Source of the DNA: SAR86 cluster bacterium
GTDB taxonomy: Bacteria; Pseudomonadota; Gammaproteobacteria; Magnimaribacterales; TMED112
Assembly (NCBI GenBank): GCA_016779525.1
Contig: JADHNL010000001.1
Span: 13,109-77,108 of the forward strand
Reading direction: 5' to 3'
DNA: 64,000 nt
Made by a program: the position numbers and the translations under genes. The notes under the pieces are model-generated. The model was not told the DNA's origin, made no database searches, and saw nothing but the letters and a program-made list of their open reading frames with translations. This document shows, one piece after another, positions 1-10,546 of this stretch. The stretch's first letter is position 1, and each line of letters starts with the position of its first letter.

Positions 1-498
1 GGCACGACCCTTTCTTCCTACTCCTGAGGAAGTAAAAATAACTGAAGGATATTTTGCTTGAAGTAGTAGGGGGAGACATATTTGAGTAAGTAAAAAATTA
101 CTTTCGAAATTTACTCTCATGACTGTTTGCAATTGGTTTTCTGATGTGCTTATTAAAGGAGAAAGGTAACCCAAAATTCCAGCAATATGGGCTATTCCAT
201 CAAGTTTGTCGTATTCCTCATATAAAGCTTCCCCAAGTTTTTGATAATCACTTCCCTTGGCTTTTAGGAAATCAAATTCAATAACTAATGGATTAAGATT
301 GTAATTTTCACTAATTTCATTTTGGATGGAATAGAGTTTTTTGACATCTTTGGAGAGCAATATAAGATTGGCTCCGTATTGAGCTGCAGCAACTGCTACC
401 TCTCTTCCAATTCCTGATCCTGCGCCTGTAACCAAGATATTTTTCCCTTCAAGGAAGTTTTTTGATGGAGAAAATTTCTTTAGCTTTCTAATATCCAT
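1..498 (-). CDS. Short-chain dehydrogenase/reductase, YciK-like (3' part runs off the window)
   Basis: Not in the ORF track because it is truncated by the window edge. My reverse-strand translation from the ATG (complement of 496-498) reads MDIRKLKKFSPSKNFLEGKNILVTGAGSGIGREVAVAAAQYGANLILL..., which carries the classical SDR TGxxxGIG Rossmann motif. It overlaps the stop of the upstream HAD gene by 19 nt. The ubiG-HAD-SDR order resembles the ubiG-mupP-SDR arrangement of Pseudomonas. Confidence 0.6.
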   Translation of the reverse strand, partial: MDIRKLKKFSPSKNFLEGKNILVTGAGSGIGREVAVAAAQYGANLILLSKDVKKLYSIQNEISENYNLNPLVIEFDFLKAKGSDYQKLGEALYEEYDKLDGIAHIAGILGYLSPLISTSENQLQTVMRVNFESNFLLTQICLPLLLQAKYPSVIFTSSGVGRKGRA

Positions 499-1136
499 TG
501 TGTTAATTCATCTGTATTATTTGCAAGGAAATCTGCCCCCCAATGTGCAGGATCGTCTTCTGCATATCCCCATGAACATGCGATAGTTTTTGTACCTGCA
601 TTTTTCCCAGTCTCGATATCTCTGCGATGATCTCCAACATAAAATGATTCGCGTAAATCAGCATCAAGTTTTTTTGCTGCTAGCAAAACACCCTCAGGAT
701 TTGGTTTTGCCTCAGAGACATGATCGGGACATATAATGGCATCAGTTTTTTTGTCCCAGCCTAATTTTTTAATAATGGGCCCAGTATATTTCCATGACTT
801 ATTTGTGACTATACCCCAAGATATTCCTCTTTTTTCAATTGTATCTAAAAGTGAATCTATGCCCTTATAGAGCACCAAATTTTCTGTCAACCTTTCTTGG
901 TATTTCTCAAGAAATTTTACTTTAAGGCCTTCAATTCTATGATCTGAATATCCTTTAAAACAATTTTTTAGAATTAGAGTAGCGCCTCGTGATGAAAATT
1001 TCCTGACGGGCTCAAAACTTACCAATTCTTCATCAAGTTCTGATTTTAGTTCATTAACAATTTTATGAAATGTAAGCCCAGTATTTAGCAGAGTGCCATC
1101 CAAATCAAATATTGCAGCTTTATTTTTGTGTGGCAT
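480..1136 (-). CDS. HAD-superfamily phosphatase, phosphoglycolate phosphatase / MupP-like
   Basis: 218-aa ORF. HAD motif I is FDLDGTLLNT; further motifs are WGIVTNKS, ICPDHVSEAKPNPEG and VGDHRRDIETGKNAGTKT. It lies immediately downstream of ubiG, as gph/mupP does in gamma/beta-proteobacteria. Confidence 0.75.
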   Translation of the reverse strand: MPHKNKAAIFDLDGTLLNTGLTFHKIVNELKSELDEELVSFEPVRKFSSRGATLILKNCFKGYSDHRIEGLKVKFLEKYQERLTENLVLYKGIDSLLDTIEKRGISWGIVTNKSWKYTGPIIKKLGWDKKTDAIICPDHVSEAKPNPEGVLLAAKKLDADLRESFYVGDHRRDIETGKNAGTKTIACSWGYAEDDPAHWGADFLANNTDELTQWILES

Positions 1137-1812
1137 GAATGATGTAATTTACAGAGGTATCGTTTGTTAGTTTTGCAATGTCTAAAAATGGCAGGTACAA
1201 CATGCCTTTAATTTCTTTAAATTCTAAATTGGCAACATCAATATAATTTTTAAGTTCAGATGGTTTGATTAGTTTCTCATATTCATGTGTGCCTCGAGGC
1301 AAAATATTGAGAATATATTCTGCTCCAAAGATGGCTAGCATTAGAGATTTTATATTTCTATTAATTGTTGAGAAAAAAACATGACCATCATTCTTTAATA
1401 GCTTTTGACAATCGGCGACAATTTTACTTGGGTCTGGTACATGCTCAAGCATCTCTAGGCATGTAATCACATCGTATTTCTTTCCAGTTTCAGCAAGATC
1501 AGACGATGAGATTTTTTGGTAGTTAATGTTTAATTTAGTTTTTTGAGCCCTTAACTTGGCGACATTTAAAGGTCCATTTGCTAGATCAATTGCTGTTACA
1601 TTGGCTCCTTTTTTTGTAAGTGATTCAGCAAGAATACCACCACCACAACCTATATCCAACACAGCCAAGCCCTCTAAATTTATTTTTTTGGAGATATATT
1701 CTGATCTCAAGGGATTGATTAAATGAAGTGGTTTAAATTTTCCATTTGGATCCCACCATTCATCAGCAAGCTTAGAAAATTTATCTAATTCGTTTTGATC
1801 AAAGTTATTCAT
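1120..1812 (-). CDS. ubiG: Bifunctional 3-demethylubiquinone / 2-polyprenyl-6-hydroxyphenol O-methyltransferase
   Basis: 230-aa ORF. The N-terminus ELDKFSKLADEWWDPNGKFKPLHLINPLR is diagnostic for UbiG, and VLDIGCGGGILAE is a SAM-binding motif. Confidence 0.9.
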   Translation of the reverse strand: MNNFDQNELDKFSKLADEWWDPNGKFKPLHLINPLRSEYISKKINLEGLAVLDIGCGGGILAESLTKKGANVTAIDLANGPLNVAKLRAQKTKLNINYQKISSSDLAETGKKYDVITCLEMLEHVPDPSKIVADCQKLLKNDGHVFFSTINRNIKSLMLAIFGAEYILNILPRGTHEYEKLIKPSELKNYIDVANLEFKEIKGMLYLPFLDIAKLTNDTSVNYIIHATQK

Positions 1813-1851
1813 GATAAAGTATATTTTTACAAAATTTAAAAATCTTTTTCT

Positions 1852-2970
1852 ATGATTTTGGGCGCATTAAAACCAACCAATCAAGGTGATAAAAGATCTA
1901 CTTTACACCCTGAGACAATTAAACCACTTTTAGATATGGGTATAAACATCATTTTTGAAAGAAGCCTTGGAAAAGATATAGATATTGATGATGAGGTTTT
2001 TGAAGCTTTGGGTGCAAGAGCTGTTTCAAGAGATGAATGCTTACAATCTAGTCAAGTCATTTATTCAAGTTCGACGCTTGATAAAGAAGAAATAGCAAAG
2101 TTGAAAAATGAAACTGTCTTTATTGGTCTACTCAACCCATTTGAAAACCGAGAACAATTTAAATATTTTGCAGATCAAAATGTTACGGCAATATCAATGG
2201 AGTTCATTCCTAGGATAACCAGAGCACAAAAAATGGATGTTTTAAGCAGTCAATCAAATTTAGCAGGTTATGTAGCAGTTATTGAATCAGCTAAACATCT
2301 TCATTCTGCCTTGCCCATGATGATGACTGCTGCAGGCACACTTAAACCAGCAAAAGTATTTGTAGTTGGGGTTGGTGTTGCAGGCTTACAGGCTATTGCT
2401 ACAGCAAAAAGGTTGGGAGCAAGGGTTGAAGCTTTTGATACAAGACCGGAAGTAGAAGAACAAGTTAAATCATTAGGAGCAAAATTTGTTAAGATCGATC
2501 TAGGAGAAACTGAACAAACAAATCAAGGCTACGCAAAAGAACTATCTACTGAGCAGTTAAAGAAACAGCAAGAATTGCAACAAAAAGTGTGTGCTAACTC
2601 AGATATCGTCATCACAACAGCACAGATATTTGGTAAGCCGGCTCCAAAGTTAATAAATTCTGAAACAATTTCAAAGATGAAGAAGGGTAGCATTATTTTT
2701 GATATGGCAGTTGAATCTGGAGGGAATGTTGAAGGTTCAGTAAAAGATTCTATTGAAATAGTAAATGGAGTTAAAATTTTGGGCTTTTCAAATTTACACT
2801 CCTTTGTAGCAAATCATGCCTCATTTGCCTTAAGCAATAACCTTAATAATTTGCTACTAGATTTTTTTGATAAAGAGTCTAAAAAGTTTGTTGTTAACTT
2901 AAATGATGAGGTTTTGGCATCAGCTGTTTTTACAAAAGATAAGGAGATAATCAAAGAGGATTTTAGGTGA
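1852..2970 (+). CDS. pntAA: NAD(P) transhydrogenase subunit alpha, part 1 (dI domain)
   Basis: 372-aa ORF with an AlaDH/PNT-type fold and the NAD-binding motif VFVVGVGVAGLQAIATAKRLGA. It is followed by the small membrane part and by pntB. Confidence 0.9.
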   Translation: MILGALKPTNQGDKRSTLHPETIKPLLDMGINIIFERSLGKDIDIDDEVFEALGARAVSRDECLQSSQVIYSSSTLDKEEIAKLKNETVFIGLLNPFENREQFKYFADQNVTAISMEFIPRITRAQKMDVLSSQSNLAGYVAVIESAKHLHSALPMMMTAAGTLKPAKVFVVGVGVAGLQAIATAKRLGARVEAFDTRPEVEEQVKSLGAKFVKIDLGETEQTNQGYAKELSTEQLKKQQELQQKVCANSDIVITTAQIFGKPAPKLINSETISKMKKGSIIFDMAVESGGNVEGSVKDSIEIVNGVKILGFSNLHSFVANHASFALSNNLNNLLLDFFDKESKKFVVNLNDEVLASAVFTKDKEIIKEDFR

Positions 2971-2971
2971 T

Positions 2972-3244
2972 ATGGAAATTTACTTATTACTATTTTTTAT
3001 TCTAATACTGTCTATATTCCTCGGTTTGGAATTAATTTCGAAAATCCCTAGCACACTTCATACACCCTTAATGTCTGGAGCAAATGCAATCAGCGGAATA
3101 ACTCTTGTTGGTGCTCTGACATTGGACACTGGATCTAACCTTCAATCTGTATTGGCATTTTTTGCAGTCTTATTTGCTTCAATCAATGTGTTTGGCGGGT
3201 ATTTGGTAACAAATAGAATGTTAAAGATGTTCAAGAAGAAATGA
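2972..3244 (+). CDS. pntAB: NAD(P) transhydrogenase subunit alpha, part 2 (membrane dII segment)
   Basis: 90-aa hydrophobic ORF (HTPLMSGANAISGITLVGAL) sitting between pntAA and pntB. Confidence 0.85.
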   Translation: MEIYLLLFFILILSIFLGLELISKIPSTLHTPLMSGANAISGITLVGALTLDTGSNLQSVLAFFAVLFASINVFGGYLVTNRMLKMFKKK

Positions 3245-4638
3245 TGAGTATAGATTTAAATTTTCTACAACAGATAGGGTATGTTTTTTCTGCCATGCTT
3301 TTCATTTTGGGTTTAAAGATGCTGGGCAAAGAAGATACAGCAGTTAAAGGGAATGTAATTTCTGCTTTAGGTATGTTGCTAGCTTTATTGGTTACCTTCG
3401 GAAACATCCTTAACCCTGTATTAATTTTTTCAGCAATATTAATTGGTGGAGTAATAGGCTCTCTTTTCGCAATTAGAGTGAAAATGACATCAATCCCGGA
3501 AATGGTGGCTTTATTTAATGGTTTTGGTGGTTTATCTTCTTTCTTTTTAGCATGGTCAGAATTTAACGCCTACGCGTCTATAAGCGTAATTTTATTCATA
3601 ACTTTTCTAACTGTATTTATCGGAGGAGTCACCTTTTCTGGTAGCTTAATTGCCTATTTCAAGTTATCTGAAATTTTTAAAGGCTCAAGTAAAACCGTAA
3701 ATACGACCTCTAGGTGGCTTTTGGTTGTTTTTTTAGGTTATCTAGCAATAGCTATGCTTCAAGTCTTTTCTGCCTCGTTTGGGTTTTTCGTTTTTGATTT
3801 TGAAATCATTAAGCTGGTCTTTTTAGGGCTGCTGGTAATATCACTTTTATCGGGCTTGGCATTCGTTCTGCCAATAGGTGGTGGAGATATGCCTGTTGTA
3901 ATCTCTTTGCTTAATTCATTGTCTGGCATTGCTGCAGCAATGGCAGGGATTCTTTTATCGAATACTGCACTTATTGTTGCAGGTTGCTTGGTTGGTGCCT
4001 CAGGATTAATTCTCACTTTGATCATGGCCAAATCGATGAATCGAACTTTATTCAATATATTTTTTGTAGGATTTTCTGACTCAGGAGCATCTCAAGGTGA
4101 AGTTGAAGGAGAAGTTAAGCCTATTTCTGCTGAAGATACTTTTTTAATCTTGGAAGCTGCTTCATCAATACTAGTCGTTCCAGGCTATGGTATGGCAGTG
4201 GCTCAAGCCCAACACGTGGTGAAGGAGCTTGGGGATTTGCTTGAAGTCAATAACGCTGAAATATCATATGGCATTCATCCAGTAGCTGGCCGCATGCCTG
4301 GACATATGAATGTTCTTTTAGCTGAAGCCAATGTATCCTACGATAATTTATTTGAGCCTAAAGATTTAAACCCAAGAATGGAAACAGTCGATGTTGTCTT
4401 AGTCATTGGGGCAAATGATGTGGTTAACCCATCAGCTACTGAGCAGCCAGGCTCTCCTATTTATGGAATGCCAATCATAGAGGCGCATAAAGCTAAAACT
4501 GTTATAGTTTTAAAGCGCTCAATGTCCTCTGGTTTTGCGGGCGTGCAAAACCCTCTTTTCTTCAAAGAGAATACACGAATGTTATTTGGAGATGCCAAAG
4601 AATCAATAGCTAAATTAGTGGCAGAATTTAAGGGATAG
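3241..4638 (+). CDS. pntB: NAD(P) transhydrogenase subunit beta
   Basis: 465-aa ORF with a multi-TM N-terminus and a soluble dIII C-terminus (VPGYGMAVAQAQH, IHPVAGRMPGHMNVLLAEA, VIGANDVVNP). Confidence 0.92.
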   Translation: MMSIDLNFLQQIGYVFSAMLFILGLKMLGKEDTAVKGNVISALGMLLALLVTFGNILNPVLIFSAILIGGVIGSLFAIRVKMTSIPEMVALFNGFGGLSSFFLAWSEFNAYASISVILFITFLTVFIGGVTFSGSLIAYFKLSEIFKGSSKTVNTTSRWLLVVFLGYLAIAMLQVFSASFGFFVFDFEIIKLVFLGLLVISLLSGLAFVLPIGGGDMPVVISLLNSLSGIAAAMAGILLSNTALIVAGCLVGASGLILTLIMAKSMNRTLFNIFFVGFSDSGASQGEVEGEVKPISAEDTFLILEAASSILVVPGYGMAVAQAQHVVKELGDLLEVNNAEISYGIHPVAGRMPGHMNVLLAEANVSYDNLFEPKDLNPRMETVDVVLVIGANDVVNPSATEQPGSPIYGMPIIEAHKAKTVIVLKRSMSSGFAGVQNPLFFKENTRMLFGDAKESIAKLVAEFKG

Positions 4639-4675
4639 TGGGGATTTCAGCCGATGGCTGTGATAATATATTCCA

Positions 4676-7225
4676 GTGCAAGAGTTCGCCAAAGAAGTCC
4701 TTTCAGTTGATATAAAAGATGAGTTAAAAAAGTCTTATTTGGATTATGCTATGAGCGTAATCATTGGAAGAGCTTTACCAGATGCTAGAGATGGCATGAA
4801 ACCAGTTCATAGACGAATTCTTTATGCAATGCACAAACTTTCAAACACTTACAATAAGCCTTATAAAAAATCTGCAAGAGTTGTTGGCGATGTAATTGGT
4901 AAATATCATCCCCACGGCGATTCAGCAGTTTATGATGCTATCGTTAGAATGACTCAAAACTTCTCATTAAGGTATCCACTGGTTGAAGGTCAAGGCAATT
5001 TTGGAAGTATTGATGGTGACTCTGCAGCTGCAATGAGATACACAGAGATCAGAATGGAAAAGATTACTGATCAAATATTAGCTGATATAGAAAAAGAGAC
5101 AGTAAGTTATTCTCCAAATTACGATGGCTCTGAAGATATTCCTGATGTATTGCCCACTAGAATCCCAAATTTACTTATTAACGGATCGTCAGGAATTGCA
5201 GTTGGGATGGCAACAAATATACCCCCTCACAACCTAAATGAAATTCTTGATGCGTGCTTTTATTTGTTGGACAACGAAAACTGTGTCATTGATGATTTAT
5301 TAAAGATTGTTAAAGGGCCGGATTTTCCTTTGGGGGGAATCATTACAGGCATTGATGGCATAGAGCAGGCTTACAGGACCGGCCAAGGTAAAGTTTATGT
5401 CAGAGGCAGAACAGCTTTTGAAACTCTAAAAAATGGAAAAGAAGCAATAATAGTTACAGAGATTCCTTTCATGGTAAACAAGGCAAGGATGCTTGAGAGA
5501 ATCGCAGAACTTGTAAAAGAGAAGAAACTTGAAGGCATTGGTGAAATAAGAGATGAGTCAGACAAAGACGGAATGAGAGTTGTAATAGAATTGAAGAAGG
5601 GAGAAGTGCCGGAAGTAGTTCTTAATAATCTCATCAAAAATTCTCAATTAGAACAGGTATTCGGCATAAATAATGTAGTTCTCGTAGACGGGAGACCAAA
5701 ACTATGCAATCTACAAGAGCTGCTTGAAATTTTCTTAAAACATCGAAAGGAAGTTATTACAAATAGGTCTTTATATGAATTAAGACAAGCTAAGGATAGA
5801 GGCCACATTGTTGAGGGGCTTATAGTCGCAATTGCAAACATTGATGAAGTAATAAATATTATTAAAACTTCACAAAATACAAAAGTCGCAGCAGAAAGAT
5901 TGTGTGATCAAAACTGGTCTGCGGAAACAATAAAACCACTTCTAGACAAGGTTAATGATCCAGATATTTGCAAGCCTGAAGGCCTAGAAGATGGATTTGG
6001 GCTTAATGGCAAAAATTACAAATTATCCATTGTTCAAGCAAAAGCAATCTTAGAATTAAGATTAAGTAGGCTAACGGCACTTGAAACCGATAAGCTAAAT
6101 GAAGAGTACGAGGAATTAGTTGAACAAATTAAAGAGCTACAAGACATTCTCTCTAATAAAACCAGACTAGTTGCAGTAGTTAAAGAAGAATTGCTAGAAG
6201 TTAAAGACGCTTTTGGTGATGAAAGAAGAACTGAAATTATTGAGCGAAGGTTAACTATTGATGATGCTGATTTAATACCCGAAGAAGAGAGGGTATTTAC
6301 AATTTCAAACAATGGGTTCGTTAAAACACAACAATTGGCTGAGTACAGATCCCAAAGAAGAGGTGGAGTAGGAAAAACTGCATCTGCACTAAGAGATGAA
6401 GACTTCATTAAGCAGGTGCTGGTTTTAAATACCCATGTTCAAGTTTTATGTTTTACTACTAAAGGTAAAGTGCATTGGCTTGAAATTTATAAACTACCAG
6501 TCATGTCCAGGACAGCTAAAGGTAGACCAATTTCGAATGTTCTTCCTTTAGAGGATGATGAGCAGGTGACTTCATTTTTGCCTGTGGAAGAATACAAAGA
6601 TGGCCACTTTGTTCTTATGGCAACCAAGAAGGGGGTTGTAAAAAAGACTGCTCTCACTGCTTTTGAAAAGAGGTATGCACCAGGTTTAAGAGCAATCAAT
6701 TTAGACGAAGGAGACAAACTGATTGGAACTATTATTACTAATGGAAATGATGAGGTTTGTCTTGCATCAAAATCAGGAAAAGCCATCCGTTTTAAAGAGA
6801 GCGATGTAAGAGCAATGGGTAGATCAACTCGTGGAGTAAAGGGAATGAATATCTCAAAAGAAGATAAAGTAATCTCAATGATTAAAGTGAATCCTGAATC
6901 AAACTTACTAACCGTTAGCGAGAATGGTTATGGAAAGAGAACAAATATTTCAGAATTTAGTGGTCAAAAAAGAGGTGGTAAAGGTGTTATAGCTCTAAAT
7001 ACTTCAACTAGAAATGGAAAAATGGTTTCTGCTGTTCAAGTACTTGATGGCGATGAGGTTATGTTGATTGGCAATAGAGGTACTTTAATTCGTACCCAAG
7101 TTGACCAAATAAGCGTCATTGGTAGAAATACTCAGGGCGTAAGAATTGTTTCTATTCGTGAGGGTGAAAAACTTGTTGATGCGGTAGGCTTCAAAGAAAG
7201 TCTTGATGAAGAAGAGAGTTCATAA
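4676..7225 (+). CDS. gyrA: DNA gyrase subunit A
   Basis: 849-aa ORF with a GTG start. Motifs are [27 protein letters not shown], the QRDR-type [12 protein letters not shown], the catalytic AAMRYTE, and C-terminal beta-pinwheel repeats. Confidence 0.97.
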   Translation: MQEFAKEVLSVDIKDELKKSYLDYAMSVIIGRALPDARDGMKPVHRRILYAMHKLSNTYNKPYKKSARVVGDVIGKYHPHGDSAVYDAIVRMTQNFSLRYPLVEGQGNFGSIDGDSAAAMRYTEIRMEKITDQILADIEKETVSYSPNYDGSEDIPDVLPTRIPNLLINGSSGIAVGMATNIPPHNLNEILDACFYLLDNENCVIDDLLKIVKGPDFPLGGIITGIDGIEQAYRTGQGKVYVRGRTAFETLKNGKEAIIVTEIPFMVNKARMLERIAELVKEKKLEGIGEIRDESDKDGMRVVIELKKGEVPEVVLNNLIKNSQLEQVFGINNVVLVDGRPKLCNLQELLEIFLKHRKEVITNRSLYELRQAKDRGHIVEGLIVAIANIDEVINIIKTSQNTKVAAERLCDQNWSAETIKPLLDKVNDPDICKPEGLEDGFGLNGKNYKLSIVQAKAILELRLSRLTALETDKLNEEYEELVEQIKELQDILSNKTRLVAVVKEELLEVKDAFGDERRTEIIERRLTIDDADLIPEEERVFTISNNGFVKTQQLAEYRSQRRGGVGKTASALRDEDFIKQVLVLNTHVQVLCFTTKGKVHWLEIYKLPVMSRTAKGRPISNVLPLEDDEQVTSFLPVEEYKDGHFVLMATKKGVVKKTALTAFEKRYAPGLRAINLDEGDKLIGTIITNGNDEVCLASKSGKAIRFKESDVRAMGRSTRGVKGMNISKEDKVISMIKVNPESNLLTVSENGYGKRTNISEFSGQKRGGKGVIALNTSTRNGKMVSAVQVLDGDEVMLIGNRGTLIRTQVDQISVIGRNTQGVRIVSIREGEKLVDAVGFKESLDEEESS

Positions 7226-8288
7226 TTTTTCTGCAGGTCCAGCCATTCTGCCTGAAGAAGTTCTTGCTGAGATAAAAGAAGAGTTTAATGGTTACCAAGA
7301 TATTGGCTCAACAATCATTGAAATAAGCCATCGAGATAAAACCTTTCTTGATATTGCAGAAAACGCTGAAAGTTCTGTAAGGAGACTTTTAAATCTAGGT
7401 GATGATTATAAAGTTTTGTTCATGCAGGGTGGCGCAACATTGCAGTTTTCGCTAATACCTCTTAATTTCGCTCATAAAAATGCTAGAGCAAGTTATGCAG
7501 AAATTGGCTCATGGTCCTCTAAAGCAGCTAAAGAAGCATCAAAGGTTTGTGATTTAGAAATTTGTCATAGCTCAAAAGAAAATGGATTTAATAATATTGA
7601 AGACCTATCTGATTGGGTTATTAGCAACAATAGTAAGTTCGTACATTACTGCAAGAATGAAACCATTCAAGGTATTCGAATACCTTATGACCCAAACTTT
7701 CAATTACCAACTTTCGTAGATATGAGTTCGTGCTTGTTTTCAGAAGATATAGATGTAACAAAATACGACTTTATTTATGCTTGTGCACAAAAAAACTTTG
7801 GACCTTCAGGCATTACATTAATCATTCTAAGGAAAACTCTTCTTGAAAAATGTGATCAAAGCCTTCCTAATATCTTAAGGTACGATATGCATGCTCAAGA
7901 AAATTCTATGCTGAATACACCCAATACCTTTGCTTGGTATGTAGCTGGCAAAATGTTTAATTGGTATGAAAAAAACGGTGGGGTTAAAGAAATGGAAAAG
8001 AAATCAATTGAGAAATCACAAATTTTGTATGACCTGATCGATTTAGGCGAATTTTATCAAAACCCTGTATTAAAAAGTCAAAGATCTATAAACAATGTAG
8101 TCTTTACTATCAAAGACAGTAACTTAGAGCAATTGTTTTTAGATAAGGCTAAGAAATATGATCTTCATTATTTAAAGGGACATAGGTCGGTAGGCGGGAT
8201 GCGTGCAAGTATCTATAATTCTATGAGCAAAGAATCGGTAGTAGCACTTAGAGATTTTATGCAAGATTTTGAAAAACAGCATGGATGA
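7206..8288 (+). CDS. serC: Phosphoserine aminotransferase
   Basis: The N-terminus [14 protein letters not shown] and class-V aminotransferase features match SerC. The track starts at TTG 7203; ATG 7206 is the likelier start. The gene overlaps the gyrA 3' end by about 20 nt. Confidence 0.92.
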   Translation: MKKRVHNFSAGPAILPEEVLAEIKEEFNGYQDIGSTIIEISHRDKTFLDIAENAESSVRRLLNLGDDYKVLFMQGGATLQFSLIPLNFAHKNARASYAEIGSWSSKAAKEASKVCDLEICHSSKENGFNNIEDLSDWVISNNSKFVHYCKNETIQGIRIPYDPNFQLPTFVDMSSCLFSEDIDVTKYDFIYACAQKNFGPSGITLIILRKTLLEKCDQSLPNILRYDMHAQENSMLNTPNTFAWYVAGKMFNWYEKNGGVKEMEKKSIEKSQILYDLIDLGEFYQNPVLKSQRSINNVVFTIKDSNLEQLFLDKAKKYDLHYLKGHRSVGGMRASIYNSMSKESVVALRDFMQDFEKQHG

Positions 8289-8553
8289 TGAGAAAACATT
8301 AGCATTTATACGAGAAGAAATTGATTCAATTGATTCTGAAATAATTGCTTTGCTAGAATCTAGATTCAACCTTACCAAAGAAATTGGTCCAATAAAACGC
8401 AGTCTAGATAAAGATTTATTTGATGAAAGTCGAGAAGAAGAAATTCTTAAAAAAATAGATGAACTTGCATTGATCTATCCGAAAGAAGATTTAAAAGAAA
8501 TATTTAAATTGATAATGAAAACTTCCTTAAACCAACAAAAAATTGATGAATAA
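8269..8553 (+). CDS. Chorismate mutase (stand-alone AroQ domain)
   Basis: 94-aa ORF. LAFIREEIDSIDSEIIALLESRFNLTKEIGPIK matches the AroQ helical CM motif (R..ID.ID..L..LL..R). It occupies the slot of pheA in the serC-pheA-tyrA-aroA order but has no prephenate dehydratase or ACT domains. Confidence 0.75.
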   Translation: MKNSMDDEKTLAFIREEIDSIDSEIIALLESRFNLTKEIGPIKRSLDKDLFDESREEEILKKIDELALIYPKEDLKEIFKLIMKTSLNQQKIDE

Positions 8554-9295
8554 AATTCTAGTTGTAGGAGGAGGTTTTATGGGTTATTCGCTTTGTTTAG
8601 CCCTTGCTGCAACAGCAGAAAACTCAGAGATTTCAATTGTTGAGCCCAATATAAATAATAGAACCCTAATTCAGAATAAAACCACCAAATTTAACCTTTA
8701 TGATGACTTGGAAAAAGTATCAGGAGATTTTGATTACGTAATAATTTGTACGCAGATTAAGCAAATCCCTAATATCATCTTGAAAGCTGCTGCGATGTTT
8801 TCCAACAAGGCTGTAATTACTGATATTTCAAGCTCGAAGCAGCATCTAAAATCAATTCAATTGCCAAACAACTTTGTCTCATCGCACCCTATATGTGGAA
8901 GTGATAAATCTGGTCCTGAATTTGCTGATAGTAAATTATTTGCAAACAAAACTGTTGTTCTAATTAATTCAGAAGCAGGTTATGAAAAAAAATTATCAAA
9001 ATTTTGGGAATCATTAAAAATGGAGGTAATTTTCATTGAACTTGCCACTCATGATAAAGTATTTGGTTTAGTAAGCCATCTGCCGCATATCATTGCACGA
9101 GCATATAAAGAGTCTCTTGATTGTGAAGACATAGATCCAAAACTTTTTGCTGGTAGTGGAAAGGAAATTCAGCGTCTTGGAGCTTCTAATGAAGTTTTAT
9201 GGAACGAAATTTTTAGTGATAATGCCAAAAATATCAGAGAGGGGCTAGAAAAATTTGAAGTTGCATTGAAAAAAATAAGACAAAAATTAACCTAA
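8546..9295 (+). CDS. tyrA: Prephenate/arogenate dehydrogenase
   Basis: About 249 aa. The N-terminal Rossmann motif is ILVVGGGFMGYSL; HPICG and LVSHLPH motifs are typical of TyrA. The position between chorismate mutase and aroA supports the call. TTG 8543 is an alternative start. Confidence 0.8.
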   Translation: MNKILVVGGGFMGYSLCLALAATAENSEISIVEPNINNRTLIQNKTTKFNLYDDLEKVSGDFDYVIICTQIKQIPNIILKAAAMFSNKAVITDISSSKQHLKSIQLPNNFVSSHPICGSDKSGPEFADSKLFANKTVVLINSEAGYEKKLSKFWESLKMEVIFIELATHDKVFGLVSHLPHIIARAYKESLDCEDIDPKLFAGSGKEIQRLGASNEVLWNEIFSDNAKNIREGLEKFEVALKKIRQKLT

Positions 9296-9301
9296 GCCTT
9301 T

Positions 9302-10546
9302 ATGACACCAATAAGAGTTAAGTCTGCAAAAAACTTTTCTGGCCAAATAGATTTGCCTCTGGATAAATCCATTGCACAAAGAGCATTTATTCTCGGTTTG
9401 CCAACAAATAATGGTCTATTTGGAGAAGACATAACGTCTACGAAAAAAGCTGTTTCAGAAAGCAATTCAGATCAAGCTAAAAAAGATTTATTTTTAGGAA
9501 ATTCAGGCACTGGTATAAGGCTTTTAACAGGTTTTTTATCAGGAATAGGTAAAAGCTTTACGTTGAGCGGCGATAAGTCCTTAAATTCTAGACCAATGGC
9601 TAGAATTGCTGATCCGCTAAACTTAATGGGCGCCAATATTTCGCTAACTAATGGAAAGGCCCCCATAGAAATAAATCCGGCAAGATTGAAAGATGAGTTC
9701 TCTTATGTCATGCCAGTTGCAAGTGCACAACTTAAAAGTTCATTATTGTTAGCAGCATTAAATGCTAGGACAAAGATAGAAATTTTAGAGCCCACTGAAA
9801 CGAGAAACCATACTGAGTTAATGCTTTTACATTTAGAAGCAGGCTTAAAAATAGAAAAAACCGATAAAGGAAACTTAATTAGCTTAGATGGAGCCAAAGG
9901 TTATAAAGAAAAACCTATTTTTGTCCCAGGTGATTTTTCATCAGCATCTTTTTTTATAGCACTTGGTTTACTTGCCCCTGACTCAAAACTTTTCATTCCT
10001 AATGTGGGGCTTAATTCAACAAGGATTGCATTTTTACAACTTCTTAAAGAGATGGAAGCACAAATAGAAATAAAAAATAAACGCATTAAGAACCGTGAAC
10101 TTATGGCTGATTTAGTAGTGCAAAGCAGCAAAATAAACCTAAAGTCAGTTCCTAATTATTTAGTGCCTAACTTAATTGATGAAATTCCAATTTTATCTGT
10201 TATCGCAGCTTTTTCCGATGGCAAGCTTAAATTGGAGGGCATTGGTGAGCTTAGAGTCAAAGAATCAAATAGATTAGAAGCCATTCAAGAAATCCTCAGC
10301 ACATTAGGAGTGGAGTATTATCAAGAGAATGACAGTTTGGAAATAACTGGTGCAGGAAAGCATTTCACTTTTGATGGGGGCTCATTTAATTCATTTGGAG
10401 ATCACAGAATAGCAATGTGTGCAGCAATTTCAGCTGTCCGGAGTACAGGTGAAGTTCTTATCGATGATATAGAAAGTATTGTAACATCGTTCCCCAATTT
10501 TTTTAGCAATTTAGAGCGCCTAGGGTTTAAACTGATAAATTTATGA
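9302..10546 (+). CDS. aroA: 3-phosphoshikimate 1-carboxyvinyltransferase (EPSP synthase)
   Basis: 414-aa ORF with the motifs LPLDKSIAQRA, LGNSGTGIRLLTG, LRVKESNRLEAI and GDHRIAM. Confidence 0.93.
   Translation: MTPIRVKSAKNFSGQIDLPLDKSIAQRAFILGLPTNNGLFGEDITSTKKAVSESNSDQAKKDLFLGNSGTGIRLLTGFLSGIGKSFTLSGDKSLNSRPMARIADPLNLMGANISLTNGKAPIEINPARLKDEFSYVMPVASAQLKSSLLLAALNARTKIEILEPTETRNHTELMLLHLEAGLKIEKTDKGNLISLDGAKGYKEKPIFVPGDFSSASFFIALGLLAPDSKLFIPNVGLNSTRIAFLQLLKEMEAQIEIKNKRIKNRELMADLVVQSSKINLKSVPNYLVPNLIDEIPILSVIAAFSDGKLKLEGIGELRVKESNRLEAIQEILSTLGVEYYQENDSLEITGAGKHFTFDGGSFNSFGDHRIAMCAAISAVRSTGEVLIDDIESIVTSFPNFFSNLERLGFKLINL

Noticed and set aside
3759-4055. 98-aa minus-strand ORF inside pntB.
   Set aside because: It lies fully antisense to a well-supported pntB coding region. 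Its composition is low-complexity and it has no recognisable motif. It is a typical shadow ORF.
4648-4660. Small hairpin CAGCC-GAT-GGCTG after pntB, considered as a terminator.
   Set aside because: It has only a 5-bp stem with no following U-tract, and gyrA starts 16 nt later. The evidence is insufficient.
5395-6786. Four minus-strand ORFs (5395-5637, 5644-5841, 6034-6408, 6487-6786) antisense to gyrA.
   Set aside because: All lie within the unambiguous gyrA frame. Their Ser/Leu-rich translations are characteristic of antisense reading of a Lys/Glu-rich gene.
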